Below, piece by piece: positions 26,865 to 47,114 of a stretch of 64,000 bases of DNA (within the stretch, counting starts at the first letter, position 1; each line of letters starts with the position of its first letter). Made by a program: the position numbers and the translations under genes. The notes beneath the pieces were generated by a model. The model was given only the letters and a program-made list of their open reading frames with translations, made no database searches and had not been told where the DNA came from. Source of the DNA: the human T2T-CHM13v2.0 reference genome, Homo sapiens; assembly GCF_009914755.1 (NCBI RefSeq), contig NC_060929.1; one strand, 5' to 3'.

Positions 26865-26944
26865 TTAGGTTGGTGCAAAAGTAGTTGTTGTTCTTGCCAT
26901 TAGAAGTACTTACAGAAACCACAATTACTTTTGCACCAACCTAA
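26865..26944. mobile_element. MADE1 (Hsmar1-derived mariner MITE)
   Basis: 80-bp element with TIRs ttaggttggtgcaaaagta / tacttttgcaccaacctaa; TA on left flank. Confidence 0.95.
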
Positions 26945-28409
26945 TGTCATGCTGAGCACAATTCATACAGAAATTATGAACATGGTTCATTCGCCATCTT
27001 GAGAAATGAAAAGAAGATTGTGCTTTAGGGACCCCCAGCATCTGCTCGCTCAGTAGCATCAGGCTCCTCTGTCATTTCTGTACAGAGTGATCCCAACTCT
27101 CAGTGGCTTATACAAATGAGCCTCCGATTCCATTGCCATGCACACATATATTATGCATTTGGCAAACTTTCAATTATTCAAGAAGTAAACCAATATTTCC
27201 TAAGGAAACCACTAAAATTAATAAAACCCTCTATTTTGTGGACTGATTTATTATTATCATCCCTTTGAATCTACTTAGTTTTTTTTCTTTCATGCAGCTC
27301 AAAGAGTTCTATAAAAGGTTTTGCTATCAGACTGCTATTCTAAAGTCAACTCTTGAGGTAGTTAGGATGAGAAAATATGCAAATTAAATTGCAGCATGGA
27401 CCATTTTCACAGGCATTTCTACTAAAATAAAAAATTTAAATATGTAAAACCAACCACAAGTTTACTTGAGTGTATCTCCTTGCATGTATACATTCCCAGG
27501 GTTATTAATTTAACTCTCACAACAATTTTGTAGGTTGCATGTAGCCTGTACTGCTGTACTCAATGAGATACATTCTTTGTTAACAATACAGCAAATTTAG
27601 AGTTGGGATTGACTCTGGGGGCCAGATACCTAGAATTGATTGGTGTCCAATTGATCAATGATTCCATTTGGTGACCTGCAATATTATTCTCTAAAATAAA
27701 TCACGGGTTTTGTTAAATTTATATTTTCATACAATGTGTAAATGATTCCAATCATTTGTTTTCTTATTCTTTTTATCATTTACCATGTGCTTTTAAAACT
27801 CTATTGTACAGGAGTGACTTGGGTGAAAGCTGGCTTCTTAGTAATGGGCTTAAGAGTTCAACATTCAGAAGAAATATACTCAGTATCATGAAGGAAGCTC
27901 AAAAGCAATTTGTCCATCATGTGGTTCAAAGAAATGGTTGGTGCCTAGAGCATTTTGACACAAAGTAAAAGCTCCCCCTGTTCGGTTGTTAGGTTTCAAC
28001 ATGTTTGGGAATATCACTGAGGGATGGGGTCTAGCAGACCAGCTCCAAGGCATCCATCCCAGTGTTGGGTGGAGGGTGGGAAAAAAACCCTCTCTTATGA
28101 AGGCAAGATCCTCTCACAGCAGCATTTGCTGTCTCGTTTCTGTGCTGGCCCTGCTGTTACAGATTGGGATTGGGGACATCATCCATCAAGAACAACAACA
28201 ACAAGGTGTTGTTTGTAACAAATCAACCTTGACCGGTTGTCATGGACCCTCTGAGGGCCACCTTGATGGACGGGCATGTCCAGAGTCCCTAGGTGTGAGT
28301 CATATGGGCAGTGTTATAGAGCCATCATTCAAAACATTACCTAAACATCCTTGGACTTTTTTATGTTTTCCGTGTGGGCTCACAAGACATGAGATGGAGT
28401 AAGAGATGT

Positions 28410-28640
28410 TATTAGTGGTTAAAAGCATGACCTCTGGGGCCAGTCTGCCCAGATGCAAGTCCCTGCTGGGCCACTTCCAAGTTGTGTGAACGGAGGCAAT
28501 TTACTCCACCTCACTTTGCCTCAGTTCCTCATGGGAACATAGGGAACACAGTAGCACCTACTTCCTAGGGTTGCTTTGAGGATCCAAGGAGTTTATAACA
28601 ATTCCTGGCACATAGTAATTGCTGTACATGCTTATTGTTC
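28410..28640 (+). mobile_element. MIR
   Basis: agtggttaaaagcatg...tgcctcagttcctcat...cctacttcctagggttgctttgaggat...cctggcacatagta. Confidence 0.8.
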
Positions 28641-28927
28641 TTAAGATGAAGGAGGAGCAATGGGAAGACACTTGAGTGGGACTTTTTTTAAGTACATATA
28701 CATTTAAAAGATGAATGCTGAGAAGGTGATAACACATCAGATAATGGGGGAATAATGCTTTCTTTATTCATTTTTAATGTATTATTTATATAATTTTCAC
28801 AAAGGTAAGAGAACAATCAAAGCAGAGAGAGCAAACACATTTAGGACCAGGAAAATAAGGAAAAGAGAGGGAGGCTTGAGGGAACTGTCCATGCTCTTTA
28901 TGAACTGTTAAGAATTGTTCTGTTCTA

Positions 28928-29280
<353 letters not shown>

Positions 29281-29569
29281 TTACGGATGCTCAACTGTCA
29301 TGCACAGGACCACAGCTTTCTTCTTGGGCTCTCCCATAGAACCTCACAGAACGTTGACAAACTACCAAGGGTCAATCATAGTTGACTGATTATCCCAAGA
29401 AGTCAATCTTAGGAAAAATCTGCCTTGGAGAAATGATTGGATCTTGGGGTTATAAATCACTCAATAATGGTTGGATGATTTGCCTGACTGGGACAATGGT
29501 TCTCTGTACCAGCACCTGCAGGATGGGTTTTCTACCTACACTCCAACATCCAGCTGTACATGTTTTTTG

Positions 29570-29900
29570 GTGCAACTTTCAAAGTGTCATCTACATTTTA
29601 ATCTAAGGGTCTTCGCCCTTGCTAGCCTCCCTATTTGGGAACCCCTACCCCATACTATTTTTCTAGCTATCACCTACTTCTATTTAGGTCTCGGAAATGA
29701 CATCTCTTCCTTGGAAAGGTCTCACAGACCAGGTTGGTTCTTATGGTGACCAGCTCTCCTATTCCTCCACTTCTCTTTTGTGATACTTCCTGGTACACTG
29801 CATACCATGATGTCAGAATTGTGCCTGCCCAAGACGGTGTTCTAAGCAGAATGTCTGGCATGCAATAGATGCTCTGTGAGTATTAGTGAAATGGTTCTTG
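29570..29900 (+). mobile_element. L2 3' fragment
   Basis: ends ctaagcagaatgtctggcatgcaatagatgctc...tattagtgaaatg. Confidence 0.5.
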
Positions 29901-29938
29901 AATGTCTCTTACCTAAACCTCACTATGAGCTCACTTGT

Positions 29939-30300
29939 TGCTAGGGTCTAAATGTTTCTGTCCCCCCAAAATTAATATGTTGAAATCCAACTCCTAAAGT
30001 AATGATATTAGGAAGTGTAGCCTCTGGTAAGAGAACAGGGAAAAAGAGCAGCTCTCTCATGAATGAGATTAGTGCCCTTATAAAAGAGACCCCAGAGAGA
30101 CCCTCACCCTTTTCCCCAGGTGAGGTTAGAGTGAGAAGATGGCTCTCTATCAAGAAAACAGGCTCTCACCACAGACCCAACCTGCAGGCGCCTTGATCGT
30201 GGGCCTCCCAGCATCCAGAATTATGAGAAATAAATTTCTGTTGTTTGTAAGCTGCCTAGGGTGTGGTATTTTGTTCTAGCAGCCCAAAAGGACTAAAGCA
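29939..30300 (+). mobile_element. MLT1A LTR
   Basis: tgctagggtctaaatgtttctgtcccccc...gaaataaatttctgttgtttgtaagc...gcagcccaaaaggactaaagca. Confidence 0.85.
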
Positions 30301-30319
30301 TCTATGAATGAGCAGCATT

Positions 30320-30740
30320 GTGTTAATTGACTTGTTACAACAAGGAAGAACATGCACCATGGTAAATTGTGGGGTGTTTCATTAAGAGGGGGTTAGAAAG
30401 GAATTATTATGGGATTTGAGCTTTTTGTTAAGGTGATCTGGGGAAGTTTCAGGAAAGCTGAGAATTTCTCTGGGTTGAAAGCTCTCAGAATGTCAGAGTA
30501 CTTCTATGATTGGGTGTATTAAAAATCTTATCTATAGGGCAAAACAAATGAACCATGGCTTAAGCTATAGTTGTTAAAGAAACAGCAACCATTTCTATTA
30601 ACTGGGATTGGGGGACGTATGGGCTATTTTTATGGTTTGGGCAATGTTCACGCTGTTTGTTCCAATATGACTACGGAGCGGTCTTGTTATTTTCTGGCAC
30701 TATGATAGCCACAGCCTTCTCTTGTGTTGTTGTTCTGGAA
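30320..30740. mobile_element. Probable ancient LTR fragment, family not assigned
   Basis: resembles recalled ancient eutherian LTR consensus sequences; no clear termini. Confidence 0.35.
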
Positions 30741-31024
30741 GATTTATATGCCCAAGGCAGAATACCTTGGAGAATACTCAGGCACTTCTGGGACTTCCAG
30801 CTCCTAGCAACACCAGGCTCTGGCTGATAGAACCAGGTCAGTTTGCAGATGTCTGGAGCTGCTTTTGTCTTTTCAGAATAAATCATGAGAGGTCTGTCTT
30901 CTCTTTCTTATTGAGTCTTTTTTTTTTTTTTTTTTTTCTTATCTTCAGTCCACCCTGAGCTCCTTAGTAAACCTCAGCTCATTAATGTTTCTTTGAGTTT
31001 TTGCATTCTTCTTCCAGTACTAAT

Positions 31025-31027
<3 letters not shown>

Positions 31028-31065
<38 letters not shown>
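31028..31065. repeat. (GT)n microsatellite, ~19 units
   Basis: seen directly. Confidence 0.98.
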
Positions 31066-31067
<2 letters not shown>

Positions 31068-31398
31068 TTGAGTTTGTCCTGAGTTCTGAACCCATTGACT
31101 CAATCAACTGTGGATAAAAAAATATTCAGGAAAAAATATTCCGCAAAGTTCCAAAAACAAAACTTGAATTTGCCACATGCCAAGGACTACATTGCATGCA
31201 CATAGATGTAGTGATGTGTAGGCACTGGATTAGGTATCATAAGCAAGCTAGAGATGATTTAAAGTATATGAGAGGATGTGTATAGGTTCTACAAAAACAC
31301 TACATCATTTTATATCAGGGACTTGAGCATTCCTGGATTTTGGTATTCACATGGGGTTCTGAAACCAATACCGTGAAGATACTGAAGGATGATGGCAT
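31066..31398 (-). mobile_element. MER2 (TcMar-Tigger)
   Basis: tagagatgatttaaagtata...ttttatatcagggacttgagcat...ggattttggtattc is the reverse complement of MER2. Confidence 0.8.
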
Positions 31399-32401
31399 AC
31401 ATCTAGAGTCTCTTTCCAGATAGATATAGATAGATTGATTCTATTGGTTCTGTTTCTCTGCTAAACCCTGACAAATTCAGCCACTGACCCTGACAGGGTA
31501 TAAATGTGGAGTGGAGCCTTGGTGAAGAAAGGAGTCCCCAAAATTTGTTGTTCCATCTAAAGGAAACAAGAGAGTAGGGCAACCGGCTCCTTTGTTGAGC
31601 TCTGTGGGAAGACAAAACAATAACCCGACAACCATGGTGATGGTGGTTATGCCAGTTTGGAATTGAAAGGGCTTAAACACATTAACTTGAGGTTGTCCCT
31701 ATAAATTTTTCAAATTTAACAAGCAACAACAAACTATTTTTTTGAAGTCTGAATGACATCATGATTTGCAAGAAAATAGAGTCCATCAACGCTAACGCTT
31801 GGAGACCCAGGTAATCATTGCCCCTCATAGACTTATTAGGATGTAAAATTAGTTTGTTTGCACATAAGCACCCTAAACATACCCTGCAATATACAGATAA
31901 AATTAATTTAGGGAGGCTTGCTCCTACTCTTGAAATTCAGAGCAGAGTGTATTTCTCTGCAAGTCTTCTAGAAGGCCTCCCTTTACTTAGCTTTGAAAAC
32001 ACTTTGGATGTGCTAGCGTCTGGCCCAGAGGAAAGGGGTGTGATTGGCTCTAGAATCACACAGGATGAACTTGAGAGTGTCAGGAATAAAGCTCATCTTG
32101 AAATGGTGTGTTGTTACTTCCAACACTTAAAACCAACTGCTAGTTTCAAGTGCAAAAGATGGGATTCCCCTACATGTTGACCATGGCATGATGCTTGCAC
32201 TTCTGTTAAATATTAAACTGCTTGGTGTTGAGCTTTACAGGAAAAAAATGGAAAACTTGCTTTCTGTAATTAGTGGGACTTTTATCTGAGCTGCTGCTTT
32301 TGGCAGTTTGTTTCATCTGAATTTTGGTTCATCAAATTTGCTTTAGCAAAATATCCTGACTTTAATAACCAGAAGTAATAAGTTACATTTAGGGAAATGC
32401 A

Positions 32402-32404
<3 letters not shown>

Positions 32405-32456
<52 letters not shown>

Positions 32457-32670
32457 TGTGTGTGTATAGATATACTATATACATTATATATGCTATATAC
32501 ACTATACGTATAGATATACTATATTTTATTGATATACTATATACTATATATACTACATACTATATTTTATTGATATACTATATACACTATATACTGATTA
32601 TATACACTATATATCGATTATATATATTATATATAGTGTATGTAGTATATCAATTTTTTATTATTGATTA
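32405..32670. repeat. (TA)~24 microsatellite followed by a degenerate AT-rich repeat
   Basis: seen directly. Confidence 0.97.
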
Positions 32671-34289
32671 ATCAATGGAGTGCTTAGGAAAACAAAGAGA
32701 TGGGCATGGTGTTACTGCAGTGATACTCAAACGTGATGGAAAGTTTTAGGCTTGATGGACATTTCAGAGACTTCGAATGTGGCTTGCAGTGTTTTCCTGT
32801 TGTGGTTTTGTTGCTTTTAATCTGGAGGGATGTCTTTGAATTCCCAGTAGATGTGTGGCACCTCGCTCCTTCCTATATACATGTAATTGAACTTATTTTC
32901 TTTTCGGGGAAGGCTTAGCCCTACAACCATCTTCATTAATTAAGTGCACCAGGCTCGAGGGAGAAATTCACATCATTTTTATAAAACAGGCCAAAGTGTC
33001 AGGACAAAAGGACTCTAGATTTGTTCCTTAAACCACCCACTCAAACTCTAGCAGGTCTTCCTCATTAAATAATTACTTTGAGATCATTAAACCACATTTA
33101 GCGCTGTCTATGATGTTAAGCAAAAACAAACAAGAATAGGCATTCTGTTGAAAACTAAAGCCAAAGCCTGTTTAAGTCTTGATTTATATACAATTCTTGC
33201 CTAATGTATTTTAAATGTAACCGATGCAGCAGTGCTTTCCTGCTAATTGGAGATAATCCTACTTTGAAATAAATATTACATAAGACTGCTTTATGAACTC
33301 ACAATTAACTCAAGGCTATGTCTCCCCTCAGAGACTATCTGCATGTTTAACATGTTTGTTGAAGAACACCCATTTCGTGTATATGCAGGGCTCTTGTCCT
33401 ATACCCCAGGGTCTTTTGCCTCTGGACTTTCTCAAGTCTGCATGACAGAGGGTCTGTACGTGTCCTTCACCTTTGTCTCCTTTGGCTGGACTCTCTTCCG
33501 GCTTTGATCTGAGGTCCTGCTTCCTGGCTTCAGGACATGAAACAAAATGTCTCCTTGGCTCTGCTCAGTTATGTGGCGAGGCAGCTGCACTATCAGCATG
33601 GGGACTCCTTCATCCACTGACTCATCTCCAGAGGGCATTGCGGGAAGAATGTGGTGGGTTAACCAAGTTACTAGTTTCCCACATGCCAGGGGAAATTTCA
33701 TGGCATTTGTCATTCCTTGGACTCTGATCACCTCTACCTAAAAAATAATCCAATATGGTAAAGCAAGATCTGTGGTTTCAATACATCTGAAGTCTCTTAT
33801 TGTTTAAATTAGGGACCACAAGAAGAATGATGGTGTTTTATAAGAATTCAAGACCTTGAGAAGAACTTGGGGGTCTTATGAAGCTATGCCCTGGAGCGTG
33901 GTGTGGAGGGTAAAGGGGGCAACTCTCTGCATTCTGCCTGAGAAAGGCAGGAACACGCCTAGATGGGAGGATGCAGCTTGGTGGGGAGCATCTCTCTCTC
34001 GAGAAAGAGCCTACAAAAATCACTCTAAGTCAACTTGAGGGGGGTGTGTCTGCAAGGAGCCCCCAGAGGCAGTGAAGAGGCTGTGATGCTTTGAGGACAT
34101 TAGGATTATCAATTTCAACTGGTTTCCTGGGATATGATGTGTTTTCTCCCTTCATGATAGTTTATTTTTGAATCAAAACTCACTTTTTTTTTTAAGATTT
34201 GGGGGATGCATCTATTAGATGGGTTTTTTTGCAACTACATGAAAAAACATGGCACACATAAGCTTTGGGACACCACTACATTTCAACAC

Positions 34290-34555
34290 AGTGGACACAC
34301 ACACTCTGACAAACTCTCACACAGCTCATCCACACTCTCAGACACTCACTGACACATCACACACTCATGCACAATCATACATGTTCACATTTGTACTCAC
34401 TCACATATACACTCACACACATCCTCACAGGCTCAATCCCTCACACCCATACACTCACATACTCACATGCACACTCAAAAGCACCTTCACATACACACAC
34501 ACAAATAGCATACTCACACACACATATGTGCACACTCATTCACATACCACATACA
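34290..34555. repeat. Degenerate CA-rich low-complexity tract
   Basis: acac/actcac repeats. Confidence 0.9.
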
Positions 34556-34967
34556 GATGTGTACCAGTAACATACAAATATTATTCATGTAACCCTAATG
34601 TTATACAAAACACCTTAGACACCCTTTGTTATTCTGTGGTCTGAGAATTATTACCTTATCTATATTATAAAAAAGAAAGTTGAGATGGAGAGACTAACCC
34701 ACTGGAGGTCCTGCAGGAAGTCATGGGAGAACCTGTTCCACTCCACCCACCTATACCTTCCCAGAATCACACCACATGCAGAGAGTGATAATTCTAATTG
34801 TGTGCTGGTGTATGTGAAATCAGAGAGGTGAAGACCAAAATGTGACTTGCCACCAAATAAAGAAAATACTTCCATGTGAATTTTTGTGTTTGGTGTCAGC
34901 AGAGACCCCTGGGTTGTACTTCAATTGCAGCTAGTCAACAGAGACCTCTGTGAGCAGCGATTGTATT

Positions 34968-35346
34968 TGTTAAGCTAGCTTTAGCCCAAAGCCACCTCCT
35001 TGCATATGTTAAGTACAGCCTAAAGGTCTCTCCACACATCATGAATGGAAACCTAACTGGACCTATAAATATGGTAGCCTATTCTTGTGCCCATCACAGG
35101 ATGTCAGCCAGTCATAGGCGGCCCACTATTCAAACCATGTTCAAATGAGGCCAATGTCATCTGTAGCCAATCCAGCTGTTTCCATAACTCACTTTCCTGG
35201 TTCTGTCCATAAATGATCTCAGGCCATGCAGCAGCCTGGACTTGCTCTGAACCTACTCCAGTTCTAGAGACTGCCCAGTTCACAAATCATTCTTTGCTTA
35301 ATTAAACTCTGTGAAATGTAACTTGTCTAAAATTTTTCTTTGAACG
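34968..35346 (+). mobile_element. MER57 solo LTR (ERV1)
   Basis: tgttaagctagctttagcccaaagccacctcc...tagccaatccagctgtttc...ctttgcttaattaaactctg; flanks tatt/tgtt. Confidence 0.75.
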
Positions 35347-37619
35347 TGTTCAAAAAGCACATCACTGGAGCTGAGAGCTGAGTGACATCTCAGAACAGCT
35401 AACATCAGCAACCTTCCAAAAAGAAGCCTGATGGCCAGCTTGGAGGTGTCCACCGGACTAACACCTGAGAGGTGGGCTCCTGCCTTTCCCACCCCCCGGC
35501 ATCCTCTTCCTTGATGAGCCAGGTTAGACTCCTCGGGTGTGCTTCCTGGGCGCCAAAGTGTCCTGGAGTCAATGTGGTGAGCAGCACCCTGCAACACCCA
35601 CCCCCACTCCACGAGCTGCTGACCTGGCTCATTGGCACAGATGCCCATATTCTATTCCAATCCTCACAACTTCAAATTAAAGAGGGGAAGACTGGCAATT
35701 CCCTGTCCATCACTACTTTCAAATCACTTCTATTTCTTTGGTTCTCTTTATAGTTATATCCTGCAGGATAAATCCAAGTGATGCTAAAAGCAAGCAGAGT
35801 GCTGTTCTTACACCTATTGACCAGGCTTACCTCTAGAATTCTGGATCTCTTCATCCATCCCCACTGCCTCTCATGACTATCTTTCACCTGTAACTGCTTT
35901 TTTAGGGAGAAGAAAAAATTGCTTCTCCTAGAGGGTGTCTCTTCTAAATCATTGGTTCCATCAACTTGTGAATGTTCAAATGTATCAGCTCCAGGAGACA
36001 AAATGACAGAGTGTCTTCCCAGATTCCCTTCAATGTCGGGTCTCCAGACACATAAATCCCAGCTCACTGAAGCTTTGGAGTAAGCTCTGCTGTTGACAAT
36101 ATAATAGCAGTGCATTCTATGTGCCCTCACTAAGGAAAATCACCAAAGGAGGAGCAAGTGCCTGTATTAAGGTCAACAAAGAGCCAGGTGCCTGGGATGC
36201 AGCCATCATTGTTCCTTCCCCAGACTCAGAGAGGGTGAGCAAGTTCCCCAAGGCCACACAGCTGGTAAATGAAATAGCTGTGATCTGATCTCCAGTCCAC
36301 GTAACTCCATTTCTATTCTCTCCAGCAGTGCTCCCTTGATCCAAATTTCTGCAGAGTAGCAAACACAAAGCCATGACACCATTTCACAAAGAAGCCAAGA
36401 AGAAACACCTGACAACTGAGAGCACAGGACTGCGTCCATGTGGGCCCTTCTGTTGATGATGAATGATGAGCAGTTGCTCAGAATCACACAATGAACCAGT
36501 GGGCAAGGATCTTGGCACACAGTGTCACCTTTCTGCCCACATCAGGCCTGCCAGAAAAAGAAACCCATTCACTGTTCTTCAGAAAAACAACATTTTGGGT
36601 AGGATGGAATTAATTGGTTAAAAGTCACCAGTATTTACAGGCACATTGTCAAATTAATGACAGAATTGGGAAGGAAAAGTAATTGCAAGATCATCTCTCC
36701 TTTCAAAAGGTTAAACACTGAACACATACATAGAGTGAAGATAATGTGTTCCTGTACAGTTTGGTATAATAAGAAAATAGATAGCCCTTGTGAGAACCTC
36801 CTGATACTTTTGTTAATATTTGTAAAATGTAGATTTAGCTCAAGGAAAGGAAGTACAGCTTCAGGCAAAGGATGGCAAGCTTGTGGAATTTCTAAGAAGT
36901 AGAAGGAAATGTGGGTTAGGTTTTCCGATGACTGCATAGATTTCTGCAGAACAGGCAGTTAAAGCCAAGAGGGACCTGGAGGGCCCACCCAACCAGGAGG
37001 GAGCTGGGGGCTCAGAGCAGAGGGTGGTTCTCTGAGGCAGTGCTTCAATTCCTCTCATCCAAACAAAGAAGCTTTATACATATAAGAAAAACAGGGTTTC
37101 TTGGTTCCATGGAAAAGAGGTCTTTACAGAAGTTGTTATTTGCTATTATGGCACACTTCTTTTTCTTTGATCATCTGTGGGAAGGACTCTTAGAATGAAG
37201 TGTTCCAACCAATACAATTGGAATTAGTTTAAAAACAAAATTAATAATGGTCTTCTTTGCTTGAGTTTGGTTAACTTTCCTAAAAAGAAATGATCATCAT
37301 GGGCATATGTCAGGGCCACTTTATTTTATGATGACCCACCTGCATTCAAAATAAAATTATTTAATTTCTGAAAATTATCAACAGACCCATAGAGGCTTTT
37401 CTGGAAGAGAAAGAACCTGAGCCAACATTCAGCCCAACCTCATCATTCTGGAATAAAGAAACTAACTCCTGGAGATCTCAGCTGGTGCAGCAATGGGTGG
37501 TCTCCAGGCTCGATTATGCATTGCTCACAGCTGCTGAGACTGGAAAGTAGAATCCAAAACAGCAAAGCGGGTGTATGTGAGATGTGTTGCAGGTGTGAGT
37601 GTGGGTATGGGTGTCACCA

Positions 37620-39892
37620 TGTATTAGTCTGTTTTCACACTGCTGATAAAGACATACCCAAGACTGGATAAGTTGTAAAGAAAAAAGAGGTCTAAGGACT
37701 CAACAATTTCACATGGCTAGGGGGGCCTCACAATCATGGTGGAAGGCAAGGAGGAGCAAGTCACATCTTACATGTATGACAGCAGGCAAAGAGAGACCTT
37801 GCACAGGGGAGTTTCCATTTTTTAAACCATCAGATCTCATGAGACTTATTCACTATCACAAGAACAGCATGGGAAAGACCTGCCCCCATGATTCAATTAC
37901 CTCCCACCAGGTTCCTCCAACACATGGGAATTCAAGATGAGATTTGGCTGGGGACACAGTCAAATCATATCATTCTGCCACTGACCCCTCCCAAATCTCA
38001 TGTCCTCATATTTCAAAACAAATCTTGCCTTCCCAACAATCCCCCAAAGTCTTAACTCATTTCAGCATTAACTCAAAAGTCCACAGTCCAAAGTCTTATC
38101 TGAGACAAGGCAAACCCCTTCCACCTATGAGCCTGTAAAATTGAAAGCAAGTTAGTTACTTCCTAGACACAATGGAGGTGTAGGCATTGCATAAGTACAG
38201 CTGTTCCAAATAGGAGAAATTGGCTGAAACAAGGGGGCTACAGGTCCCATGCAAGTCCCAAATCCAGTGGGGCAGTCAAATCTCAAAGCTCCAAAATGAT
38301 CTCCTTTGACTCCATGTCTCAAATCCAGGTCATGCTGATGCAAAAGGTGGGTTCCCATGGTCTTGGGCAGCTCCACCTCTGTGGCTTTGCAGGGTATGGT
38401 CTCTCTCCCAGCTGCTTTCACAGGCTGGCATTGAGTGTCTGCAGCTTTTTCAAGGTGCATGGTGCAAGCTGTCAGTTGATCTGCCATTGTGGGGTCTGGA
38501 GGACAGTGGTCTTCTCACAGCTCCACTAGGTGGTTCCCCAGCAGGGACTCTGTGTGGGGCATCTGACCCCACATTTCCCTTCCTCACTGCCATAGCAGAG
38601 ATATCCCATGAGGGCTCCGCCCCTGTGGCAAACTTCTGCCTTGGCAACCAGGCATTTCCATACATCCTCTGAAATCTAGGTGGAGGTTCCCAAACCTCAG
38701 TTCTTGACTTCTGTGCACCCGCAGGCTCAACACCACATGGAAGCTGCCAAGGTTGGAGCTTCCATCCTCTGAGGCAACAGCTCAAGCTATATGTTGGCCC
38801 CTTTTAGTGACGGTTAGGTCACAAGGCACAGAGTCCCTAGACTGTACACAGCAAAGGGACCCTGGGCCCAGCCCATGAGACCAGTTTTTCCTCTTAGGTC
38901 TCCAGGCCTGTGATGGGAGGGGCTGCCACAAAGGTCTCTAACTTGCCCTGGAGACATTTTCCCCATTGTCTTGGTGATTAACATTTGGATCCTAGTTATT
39001 TATGCAAATATCTGCAGCCGGCTTGAATTTGTCCTCAGAAAAATGAGATTTTCTTTTCTATTGCATGATCAGGCTGCAAATTTTTCAAACCTTTATGCTC
39101 TGTTTCCCTTTTATAACTGAATACCTTTAACAGCACCCAAGTCACATCTTGAATGCTTTGCTTCCTGGAAATTTCTTCTCCCAGATATGCTTAATCATCT
39201 CTCTCAAGTTCAAAATTCCACAAATCTCCAGGGCAGGGGCAAAATGCCACCAGTCTCTTTGCTAAAACATAACAAGAGTCACCTTTGCTCCAGTTCTCAT
39301 CAAGTTCCTCATTTCCATCTGCAAGCACCTCAGCCTGGATTTCATTGTTTATATCATTATCAGCATTTTGGTCAAAGACATTCAACAAGTCTCTAGGGAG
39401 TTCCAAACTTTCCCACATTTTCCTGTCCTCTTCTGAGCCCCACAAACTGTTCCAACCTCTGCCTGATACCCAGTTCCAAAGTCCCTTCCACATTTTTGGG
39501 TATCTTTCCAGCAGCACCCCACTCCTCGTAACAATTTACTGTATTGGTCAGTTTTCATACTGCTGATATAGACATACCCAAGACTGGGTAAATTATAAAG
39601 AAAAGGAGGTTTAAGGACTTACAGTTCCACATGCCTGGGGAGGCCTCACAAACATGGTGGAAGGCAAGGAGGAACAAGTCACATCTTACATGGATGGCAG
39701 CAGGCAAAGAGAGAGCTTGTGCAGGGAAACTCCCATTTTTAAAACCATCAGATCTCATGAGACTTATTCACTATCACGAGAACTGCATGGAAAAGACTTG
39801 CACCCATGATTCATTACTTCCCACCAGGTTCTTCCCACAACATGTGGGAATTCAAGATAAGATTTGGGTGGGGACACAGCCAAACCATATCA
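37620..39892 (-). mobile_element. Complete THE1B-type MaLR element (LTR-internal-LTR)
   Basis: 353-bp LTRs at 37620-37972 and 39540-39892 around a ~1.57-kb THE1 internal region; 5-bp TSD cacca/cacct. Confidence 0.95.
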
Positions 39893-40222
39893 CACCTATT
39901 GGCTATCTCACCTTTACATTAGACTTCATTACATATTAGATAAATTCTACTAAGCATCTTATTGGTAGCCTGCTCAGCACCTTTGTTAGAACAAGACAAT
40001 TGTCAATTGTCAATGTGCTAGTGTCCACACAGTCCCTGCAGCACTCCAGGTAACAGGCTGGGTCCTAGGGGCCCAATGAGAAAGAAAGAGAACCTTTGTT
40101 CACAAGAAGTCCAGTGGGAACAAATTGAAAAATACTCTCATGCTTGTAATTTTCTGAAATAGATTCTTGAAGCAATCAAAGAGTTGTTTTTTGATATAAA
40201 GTTTAAGAAAAATAAAACTAAA

Positions 40223-46720
<6,498 letters not shown>

Positions 46721-47114
46721 AGAAGTCAAGAAGAGAAAGTTTTTAAAATCGTATGCATTCTTGTAATGCCTTTCAACTCAACAATTCAATAGAATAATTC
46801 TGTCGGGTGACTTTGCCCTGAACTGTTCTCTTTGGCAGTGATGTAGCTCTACCACTTCATGCTGTTGGTGAAAACCTTGTTTTTATCCCATCTACCCTGA
46901 ATCCTACTGGCAATGCACATAAAGAAATGATGGAAAAAAAAATAGTGGGTGGTATCAACCACCCTGGCTTAATGGGTGTTTTCAGTTGGTAGGTTTCTCA
47001 GTGGCATTCTAGTTTGGTTTTTTTTTTTTCCCTGAAAACAACAGATTTCATGCTCTTCCTTCTCTAACGCTTAACAGTGAGGCTTCCCTAGCATTTGGAG
47101 TATGTCCCTTTACA

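Noticed and set aside
34249-34644. His/Thr-rich 131-aa ORF
   Set aside because: Translation of a CA-rich low-complexity tract.
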